Of a stretch of 64,000 nucleotides of DNA, positions 12,601 to 23,537 are shown piece by piece. The stretch covers positions 10,764,651 through 10,828,650 of the forward strand of contig CM120647.1 in assembly GCA_051362555.1 (NCBI GenBank). Reading direction: 5' to 3'. The first letter of the stretch is position 1. Every line of letters begins with the position of its first letter. This DNA is from Lingula anatina (Eukaryota; Animalia; Brachiopoda). Below the pieces are notes generated by a model. It saw nothing but the letters and a program-made list of their open reading frames with translations, had not been told where the DNA came from and did not search any database. A program made the position numbers and the translations under genes.

Positions 12601-15600
12601 AACTTGAATAGGAAGTCATATCCTGGCAATCTAAGTGTGACCTTGAAATTGACCTTTGGCCTACTTTTCACCATGTACTGAACTTTGCGAATTTTGCTTC
12701 CCTTTTATCTCCAAAACTGGCAGAGATAGGTCCATAGTTACTATTAAACTTGAATAGGAAGTCATATACTGGCAATTTACTGTGACCTTGAAATTGACCT
12801 TTGACCTACCTTACGATGAATTCACTTTGATTGTACCATTTTAAGTTATATATATTTTTTGCATATTTTGAAAATTCTTGTTGATTGCATTTTTACAGCT
12901 TGTCAAGCACAAGACTGGTGGCTGTGTCCCTTACTTTGTGTATGTGGGGGTCTATACGAATGCGCTTGCTCCAGCTGGTGGTGCAATATTCAGAGGCGGT
13001 ATCGCCTCTCTGATCCTCTAGTTTTTTATGGAAGCAGCAAATATTGTTCTTGTTTTGGCTGTCACTTACATTAACTACGGTAAAAACGTGAACATTTAGT
13101 TAGTCTTGAAAATTTTGTTGAAAGACAATTCTCTACCAACCAAAGTTTTACACTTTGAAAATACAGTAAAACTTGAAAATAGGCCTCTCCATTCTTTTGA
13201 ATAGTTCATCACCTAATATGGCCATGTCATATTCATGCATTTAAAAATATTAATTGTTATTTAAATGACGAAATTTTTATCTCAATGGGCTGACCTGGCT
13301 GAACCACAGGGTGTAAAATTAACTGAATCAATTATTTCTTGTGACATTATTTTTTAGTTTCCATTGAGACATTGTGATATTTTTAACCAAGTAAAAGGAA
13401 AGTTTGGCGTAGTCAAACGACATTTTATGGCGACAACAATCTCCAGAGCTTATTTATGCACATGGGCATTCTGCACATGCTCAATTGTGCCCTAGAGGGG
13501 TAATCTCCTTTGAGGCACATGTTGCTACTTATACCATGGGGCATCACTGCCTGGCCTCATTTTGCTTGATTCATTCTGTTCACGAGTATGATACAATCAA
13601 GCTACAAGTTATCTCAAATCTGCAACTGAAATCTTCAGTTCAAAAAATTTCATTTTACCTCTATGAGAACTTTCCAGCAGTTCACTCGATCTGTTGAAGC
13701 GTACAGTGACAGATTCTGCACAACTTCAAGCAAGGATCAACAGTACAATTGCTGACTGTTACATGAATGCGGTAAGTTTTAGTTTCTCTAGCTATTTAGC
13801 AGTTGCAGTTGACAAAACGTTCTTTATCCAGGTGTTGCTTGTTTACTCGGATAGCGGTCACTGCGACTGCACAAAGAAATTAAGGGTCCTTGCGTGTAGA
13901 ATCTCCAGTCACCTGAAGACATAGGCGGACGCAACGTCCCAAAATTTATTTGATATCACATGGGCACATGCTTTGCCGATTCAGTTACCTACTTTTAGTT
14001 TCCCACTTCTATCATATTCCTCGTCAGGCGTTTCACTGTTCAGGGTAGATACCTTAGCAAAGTAGAGTATCTTGCTCAGTCTGACCTGCACATCATTATA
14101 AACCAGCTCAATCCAAAAATCAACCCTCCTTTCCTCATCAACTATTCGTTTTTGTTAGCACTGAAGTTACCATTTACACCTACTGTTTACTTATCATTGA
14201 GTTTCACATTTATAGCTCTGTCTTTAAGTCTTCTGAAGAAAATTTGTGGTCTTATATCAACTCCCACCCTCCACACATATCTACTACTTGGGTTCACTTA
14301 CTTAGGGCATTACAACTGATAGAGCATCTTAATTAAGTCAGAGAAGTAAATAGTTATTAGCTTTTCACTTTTCAGTAAGCAAGATAATTTTGCATGGGTA
14401 TTACAAGTCCCCCAGATATGGAAGATTTAAATACTTATTGAAGCACAGTGCCTTCATTTTTATCATATTCAATAACCTCTGTCCATTTTCTTAGGACTTC
14501 TCTCTTTCAGCTTTCAGTAGGATATTGCAAAACTTTCCCACCCTAGTTAATCGTATAAACATGTCTAGTATTCCTGACCCATTTTCAAGTCACAAGGCTC
14601 CATGAAAAGTCTCCTGTTCTCTGATTTAAATTAAAATTACAACCCAGCTTTACGACCCTTCTATGGCCTATTAAGTGAGGCTGGTCCCTTAATTAAGCAG
14701 TTGATAGAGGCTTACAATGCCTGACCCTACTGCTGAGGGTAATTATGCCCTCACCATAGCAAATACATCCTGGCCACCTGTTATGATAGTGATAAAGGCT
14801 GACAGCTGCCTAGTAGTAGTTCTCTAAAGATAAATACGAGCTATAAAGATGAACAAATACACAGGAATTACGAGTTACTGGCGAAATAGACTGAATTCCT
14901 TTAATCATTCAACAATTCAGTGGCGACTATTAAGTTATACATCTGAACTCACAACAAGATAAAACATAAAATTTATATATTATATATTATATACATATAT
15001 CTGAGTTTCAAAAATGCACACTAGCTTAGACATGCTTTTGAAATCCTAACGTTTTTAGGACCAGTGGTTGAAATAGAAGAACGCATTTTATAATATACCT
15101 CAATTTAATAATCATCTTGGGCATCGGTTATTTTAGAGGCTAACATGACAACTTGCCGTATATTTGAGTGTAAATAAAGAAATCCTCCAAAAACAAAATA
15201 AACGGCTTCATCTGGGAAATTCAGTCTCCTCGGTAGTAAATAAGACCATGATTCAAACCTTCATGTAAAGTGTACCCCATGATAACATACAAGACATACA
15301 AAGACAGGAGTCTGACATAATTCCAGATGTACACCCTGGCAACTGGGCAAGCATCTTAAGAGGGCATTTCATTCACTAGTTCCCTCAATCATCGAGGATT
15401 TAGTTCTTATAATAGTGACAATAATAATAATAATGATAATAGTGGTAACAATATCATTTTTCACTTTGTTTGCTGAATGCCACTCGGGTTGGAGCACACC
15501 TTTCGGACATGGGGCAATACAAACTTAAGCCTAATAAGCATGGACCCATCAGAAAGAATTTCTCTCAGTAAGTTGAACTAACCCCCCCCCCCCCCCCCCC

Positions 15601-18600
15601 CCCTTTCACTTTTCTTAATCAGACTCTGACCTTTTCAGGGCCTCATGTAAATTGGTCACTTAACTGTATCACGACCTTTTCAGGGCCAAGGTACACTTCC
15701 TTTCTAGGTCAGTTTCTGACCTTTTTAGGGCCTCATCCACGTAACTTTCTTAACCAGTTTCTGACCTTTTCAGGACCAAGGTAAACTTCCTTCATAATCA
15801 GGGCCTTGTGCACTTTAGTTTGTTAAACAAATTCTGTCCTTTTCAGGGCCTCATACACATTTGCTCTCTTATCCGGATCCCGACCTTTTCAAGGCCAAGG
15901 TACACGTACTTCTTTTCAGGGCCTTGTGCACATTCGTTTTTTAATCAGATTCTGTCCTTTTCAGGACCAAGGTTCGCCTTTCTTTACCAGTTTCTGACCT
16001 TTTCAGGGTTTATGTATGTTGTGTTCTCTACCAGTTACTGACCTTTTCAGGGTCTATGTTTGTTGTGTCCTTAACCAATTTCTAACCTTTTCATGGTTAT
16101 GGTACATTTCCTTCTTAATCAGATCTTGTCCTTTTCAGGGCACATTCATTTTTTAACCTTTTCAGGACCAAGGTTCACCTTTCTTTACCAGTTTCTGATC
16201 TTTTCAATGTTATGGTACACTTACTTCTTTATCAGATCCTGTCCTTTGCAGGGCACATTCTCTTCTTAACCAGATTCTGTCCTTTTCAGGACACAATCGT
16301 TTCTTAACCAGATTCTGTCCTTTTCAGGACCAAGGTTCACATTTGTTACTGGTTTCTGACCTTTTCAGGGTCTGTGTATGTTGTCTTCTTTTCCAGTTTC
16401 TGACCTTTTCAAGGCTATGGTACATTTACTTCTTTATCAGATCCTGTCCTTTTCAGGGCACATTCGCTTCTTAACCAGATTCTGTCCTTTTCAGGGCACA
16501 TTCGTTATTAACCAGATTCTGTCCTTTTCAGGACTAAGGTTCACATTTGTTACTAGTTTCTAACCTTTTCAGGGTCTATGTACGTTGTGTTCTTTACCAG
16601 TTTCTGACCTTTTCAAGGCTATGGTACACTTCCTTCTTAACCAAATTCTGCCCCTTTTCAGGGCACATTCTTTTCTTAACCAGATTCTGTCCTTTTCAGG
16701 GCACATTCGTTTCTTAACCAGATTCTGCCCTTTTCAGGGCCAAGGTTCACCTTTTTAACCAGTTTCCTAATTTTCAGGGCATCTTGCACATTCGTTTCTA
16801 AACCAGCTTCTTAAGTAGATTTCGGCCTTTACAGGACCTTACATACATTCATTTCATCACCAAATTGTCCTTCTCAAGGTCAAGCTACATTTCTTTACCA
16901 GTTTCTCAAACAGATTCTGCCCTTTTAGATCCAATTTGTTTCCTACCAAGATTAAGGCCCCCTTATACACCATGCATGCTGCACAGTTTCAGACCTCTCC
17001 ATTTCATTTATTTATTTATTTATTTAATTTTCTCATACAGCATTAATGTCATTTCAACTTAATTTTTCTGGCATCTTTCTATGCCACAGTCAGTTTATTT
17101 ATTTATATTTTATTTCCCACTGCATCGGGACTAATGGCATGCTTTTCCAACATAGTTCTTTATTTACTTATGCGTTCCTCATCAGTATGTTGGGTAGAGT
17201 GGCATGCTTTTAGTACATACTTGTTTATTTATTTATATTTTCCTCACCCGCTACGTCGGGTTGAGTGGCATGCTTTTATGAGATGTTTATTTATTTATTT
17301 ATATTATCCTCCCCGCTACATCGGGTTGAGTGGCATGCTTTTATGACATATTTATGTATTTATTTATATTCTCCCCGCTACGTCGGGTTGAGCGGCATGC
17401 TTTTATGACATTTTACTATCCTCCCCGCTACGTCGGGTTGAGTGGCATGCTTTTATGACATATTTATTTATTTAATTATATTATCCTCCCCGCTACGTCG
17501 GGTTGAGCGTCATGCTTTTATGACATTTATTTATTTATATTATCCTCCCCGCTACGTCGGGTTGAGTGGCATGCTTTTATGACATTTATTTACTATCCTC
17601 CCCGCTACGTCGGGTTGAGTGGCATGCTTTTATGACATATTTATTTATTTATTTAATTATATTATCCTCCTCGCTACGTCGGGTTGAGTGGCATGCTTTT
17701 ATGACATATTTATTTATTTATTTATTTATATTATCCTCCCCGCTACGTCGGGTTGAGTGGCATGCTTTTATGACATATTTGTTTACTTATTTATACTTTC
17801 TTCCCTACTGTGACGGGTCAATAGGTATGCCTTCTTTACAGGGTTATTTATCTTTTTCCCCACTATCAAAAGTCTGTGTATGTGCATGCACGCTTTCATA
17901 ATTCATTTACTTACTCATTTTCCTTTTACTAATTGCCATTATTTTTGTGCAAGTTCATTGTTCTCCAAGCTGCATTGGATTGCTTCATTCTTTCCTTTGT
18001 GGGGTTTTCCTTGCCCAGTGCATTTGCACCAGTCAAGGTTATGGCCTCTTTGCAACCCCACAAATTAAATTTGTGCAAAATTGTTGGTAAATAATAACTT
18101 TTGCTGACTCGTCGCATGGTAATTTTTAGGATGATGAGTCTCATTGAATATTTGATATATAATTTTTATCCCTAAGGCCATAACATTTAATACAGGCAAC
18201 AATTTGCTACATTGTCATTATTGTAAATACGATTAGGATAGAGGAGTTATATAATAAAAGCGGCCTGGTTTGGCCAAATCACAAACAAACAATATTCCTT
18301 GTTGCCTTCTTTCTTGCTATGAATGAGACTATAAAAGTTTGTGGTACACTGAGATGGAGGAGACATAAAGGAAAGTTTGGCGTAGTCAAACGACATTTTA
18401 TGGCGACAACAATCTCCAGAGCTTATTTATGCACATGGGCATTCTGCACATGCTCAATTGTGCCCTAGAGGGGTAATCTCCTTTGAGGCACATGTTGCTA
18501 CTTATACCATGGGGCATCACTGCCTGGCCTCATTTTGCTTGATTCATTCTGTTCACGAGTATGATACAATCAAGCTACAAGTTATCTCAAATCTGCAACT

Positions 18601-21600
18601 GAAATCTTCAGTTCAAAAAATTTCACCCACCACCATCCCCGTCTCCTCCTTCATACCACATTTGTCTCCTCTGCTGACCGAACTTTGCTTGCATTATATT
18701 TGACCATCATACTGCGTGCGTTTTTACTTTGATTTTTCAGTGTTGTATACCTGTCAAGAGCACCACTGCCCAGCGAATGTGCCAGTACACAGACGCCTAC
18801 CAGTAATGCCACAGTGAAATCTTTGGATGTATTCATCTAGAGCAATGAATGGGTGGAGTCGCCTACCAGTAATGCCACAGTAAAATCTTTGGATGTATTC
18901 GTCTAGAGCAACGAATGGTTGGAGTCTTGTCTTTTACAAGTTAAACTTTTACATCTTCAACTGAAGGACGGCTGTTGCTTATGTCAATCTGTGGTCCACG
19001 CATTGCAGCATCCACACCATCTTCCTAATCCAGAGGAAAGGGAGAAGAAATTGTATGTGGGTAGTCATTGCGCATGACTTTACAGGTCCTTTAAAGGCTA
19101 CCTCTGTACTGGACAGTCATCAGCCCAGCAAGTCTTGCGGGTTGATCAAACATTAGTATCGACATATGGTGTTAAGAGTTTTGATTTTTCACTTGTTGCC
19201 ATAGACTTCTTTCAATGCCCACCACCAGCCACATATCAAGTCTCGTCGTTCCATATTACATTCTCCCGAGTTCAGATGATATTGGGTCACCTTTATAAGA
19301 GTATGTGACATTGTCACATGAAGATTTAGTGGGTTCATTTTCAGATTACTTTTTAAATATAACGAACAGTGGCCCAGCAAGCCTTGCGGGTCCATTTTTG
19401 ATCTGTGCATACTGCAGAGGTCATTGGAACAGCTGTATAATAATCTGTCATACACCGTTTTAGGGGCCAAACAGGCTCCATTCCCGGTTTTTGCTTACAC
19501 GATTATTAGCCATTTCAATGTGTGGCGACATGAGTGTTGCAAAAATACAACTTGTGTACCTGCTGTTTTCATGTTGTATGAGAATTTTGACTCTATTTTT
19601 AAGACCCAGTCATGCTTTTTGCATAATACGGCCCAGCAAGCTTTGCGGGTCCATCTCTACATTTGTTGAAATCAGGAATATAAGGGGATCAGTTGTATTA
19701 GAACATACATGTGTAGGTTATCCCCGACTCTGCTTCTTCATTCACATTTGATTCTAGTCATTGATAACTATAAACCGGAAGGAAATTGCCCTTCCGCAGA
19801 TAACCACTTAAAACTGTTAACTATAATAGTAATCAACTAGTAAGGTGCAAGCTAGGATGGCATGGCAATTATAGAGAGTTCACTCTTCCAGCTGTTTTCA
19901 GCATATGGGAAAAACTGAACCTCCCCCCTTCCTTTGTTTAAAAAAAAAAAAAAAAAAAAAAAAGGGAGTAGGGGTTAGGTCACCCGCTAACAGCATTGTC
20001 ATGCCGTACTTATGTAGATTTGTATTGAGAATCCTGCAATAGGCAATGCATTGGCCTCGCCTTTGCAATCAGACAAGCTGAATTGGATGCAATACCGTAG
20101 CTTATACTGAATCACTGCTTAGGGTAACTAGTGTTATTGAATATTCGACATAGTGGGGGCCTCTTTGCAACCCCACAAATTAAATTTGTGCAAAATTGTT
20201 GGTAAATAATAACTTTTGCTGACTCGTCGCATGGTAATTTTTAGGATGATGAGTCTCATTGAATATTTGATATATAATTTTTATCCCTAAGGCCATAACA
20301 TTTAATACAGGCAACAATTTGCTACATTGTCATTATTGTAAATACGATTAGGATAGAGGAGTTATATAATAAAAGCGGCCTGGTTTGGCCAAATCACAAA
20401 CAAACAATATTCCTTGTTGCCTTCTTTCTTGCTATGAATGAGACTATAAAAGTTTGTGGTACACTGAGATGGAGGAGACATAAAATTTAAATGGAAGCAA
20501 AATGTAGTTCAACACTGTTTTAAACAGCTTTTGTGGAACAGTGTATTGCAGGAGGCCTGATAGAAATGTTTGCAAATTTGTATATTGTAAATTTTTACTG
20601 CAGCGTGAAACCCAAGATCAGTACCAATATTTATACTATATGATTTAATTGATTTAATATTTATTGATAAGGAATGATCATTTCAAAGTAATTAAAGTAT
20701 ATAGAAGTCATGAAGATATGAAATCAAGAGGGTAGCATATAATAGATAAATCATATCATCTGACTTCTACATCTATATGCTTGACAAGAGCCTCACATTA
20801 AGCCAATATGTTATTTTTTCAGCCATTGTGTACTGCAGTGAAATTACTATGATAATTGATGAATACCTTGTTCGAGGGAATATACTGTTAAGCATGATCA
20901 GCAGACAAATTAGGGTTGACAATGACAGAAATCAGGTATAGTGTACCCTGACTTTGATATAAGCCTGATACTTTTTTATGAAAGTTTGGTCATGGTATAC
21001 AGAAATGACTCCTTATTTTCAGTGGGAAAAAATATGAAATTTTCAGATGCATAATTTTACAATTAAAAAATTAGCTGTTTGCATTATTTGTGGTACTTCT
21101 TCTGTATAGAATAGAAGTATTAATATTAACTGCTTTTCAGTTTTGTTGCTACCACTCCACAGGAATGTCCTTGATTTTGAGGTACAACAATAGTGTTAAA
21201 ATGCAAATTGTGATATTTAATTGTCAAAGATAGAAACCAAAAATAAATCCTTACCAAATAGATGTCTTTTTGTGTGTGTGTAGGCGGAGGAAGCAAAAAG
21301 AGTTATCGAGGTCATGAAAAAAGACGGCATCATTGGGTTCAATAAACAAGAATACATGAAAGCCTTAGCAATATATGGTCATGCATGCAAACTGGCTCAC
21401 CTCTTGCGCAACTGGAGAGATAAAGATGCAGATGTGATTTTGGCCGATATGAAAGTGAGGTTTGCAGAAACATGGTTCGCGTTGGTGAGTATTCAGAGAG
21501 TTGGTAACTGAATAGGTGAAACCATTTAAAGATGCATACAAAGTCAATTTTTTGTCACAAAAACCAACCAAATGCCAGCATATAGGTTCAAGTAGTATAA

Positions 21601-23477
21601 CTAAGAGAATTACCAAAAGGCATTGTTTAATTTTACCCAAAAATGATGTTTGAACAGATTTTTCTGCTGGCATTCTAAGCTGTATGTCAATGGGGCAGGA
21701 AAGTAGGTCACGGAAGTAGGTTAAATTTACAACCATAAATTTAAAAAAAGTAGCAGTCTAAAGGTCTTTTATGGCTGATCAAGTGATCTATTCAGTTTAT
21801 CCCTTGGCATGTCAAATTTACTTGAGTCATATAAGAATCTAGTAGAAGTGGTTTACATGTGTTACTGGGAATCCACGCTCCACCGATGCTCGGTTCGTAT
21901 GTACCTTTAAGTGCAAGTTTTTCTAACCACCAGGCAAATCAGCCAAAAAGCGGCAAGGTGGGGTTCTCACAGAATACACTCATTTTGCCCACAGTTAATC
22001 ACCTTTGTGACCTTAATTTAACTGTAAAATATTAAAGCTTTCCGTTGCGTTATTGTCGAGATACAGCCACATGAATATTTCACTGCCTCGCGTGGCTCCC
22101 GTCTCACTTTTCAGCTGTGTGAGTGGTGTATTTTTCACCGAAGTTTGCTTCACAAATGTGCATCAAGTGATCAACTCATTACTTCGGTCAATACCAAAAT
22201 TGAAAGATGGATATATAATCTTTATAACGACAGAGATTTATATCATAAATCCGTTGCTATGGTTACAAACTACCGAGGTTATTTGAGGTCACTTGATGAC
22301 TGCCGCAGATACCCACCCTGTCAATAGCCTTATATCTCCACTAGTAGAGCACCTTAGATAATTTCACTGATATTTACTGAAAATATGGACAAGGGGCCTA
22401 CCATAAATTAAAACACTGGCGTGGCCTTTTGCCTACAAATTTTGCAACAGCGACGCAAATTCTTCTATTTTCTGGCTACATTATCGTAAAGCATTTTTGC
22501 TTCCTACTGTTTCGATTTGCATTCAAGAATGTTTAAGTTAATTTCAACGTTAGTTAGGGACTAATTAACTGAAATAGTCTTCTGTAGTTTTTATTTATTG
22601 ATTCCTGGATAATAAGTATATGCTAAGTTCAAATACGGGGGTTAACATGCATTCGAAACTAAATTCGTGTAGGCGGCCATGACAGTTTCAAGTAGCAGTG
22701 GTGGAAGACGTGCGATGAATGCACTGCAGATTTCCCGAATTTCAAGCAGCAAAGCGTATACTTTGTTGTTCTGTAGACCGTTACAAAGACGGAAAGGTTG
22801 TGCGATACTCAGGAGATACGACTAAGATGATTGGGGTCACCTCCCGATGCTAAAAGTTACATGCAGTGTGAGAGGCTAATGAGAGGCAGTGTCATCATCA
22901 GAGGAAATGGAGAGTGAGCTCGACTCAGTCGTGTGTCCAGCGCATTGTCACATGCTGTGGATCCTTTGGGGAGCTGCAAGAACACGTCAACTACTTCTTC
23001 GGACCAAGTTATTATTGTAGGACTTCCCTTGCTCGGACCAAGCGGGAGCTTTCATGAACAGTCAGTGTATTCAAATTTTTATGAAGACGAAGCCAAGATG
23101 TTCAGTTCGTTGGGCCCAGGTAATTAAAAAGTTGACATTCGTCACATCTTTATAATTAATTAACACACCGAATTCACATACAGACGGAAGGTTGATAATG
23201 GTATGATATCTGTGTTGTTTGAATTAAATATGCATAGTAATTAGACAAGTGAAGCTAAGTCATCATCTAAATACTGCTATCTCTGACCCTCAGAACCACA
23301 GCAAATTTGTTATTACATATAGTGAAAAGAGCTTATGTTTTGTACTGTACATATCAGCAGTGTAAACTTTTTTGTTTGTAAGAGCAACAAGTTACAGAAC
23401 CCTCACAACTAAATAATACTGCTTTTGTAGGTCATTGCTTGTGATTAAAAGAGTAACAATCATATCACAATTACATG

Positions 23478-23537
<60 letters not shown>

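Larger units (their letters stand above)
13394..20484 (+). mobile_element. Non-autonomous split-direct-repeat (Ngaro/PAT/TOC1-like) retroelement, A1-B1A2-B2
   Basis: A1 13397-13652 matches A2 18370-18625 (256 bp); B1 18043-18369 matches B2 20158-20484 (327 bp). B1 abuts A2. Shared aaa at both ends and at the junction. No RT or YR ORF. Confidence 0.75.

Noticed and set aside
13485-13697. Duplicated 70-81-aa ORF MCPRGVISFEAH... (also 18458-18703)
   Set aside because: Lies inside terminal repeat A, non-ATG start, no homology recognised
17115-17830. CRISPR array
   Set aside because: Spacers are (TTTA)n length variants rather than unique sequences, there are no cas genes, and the context is a eukaryotic intron
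13397-18625. Ordinary LTR pair or tandem segmental duplication
   Set aside because: No TG..CA ends, TSD, PBS or gag-pol; the second repeat pair (B1/B2) interleaves, which fits split direct repeats
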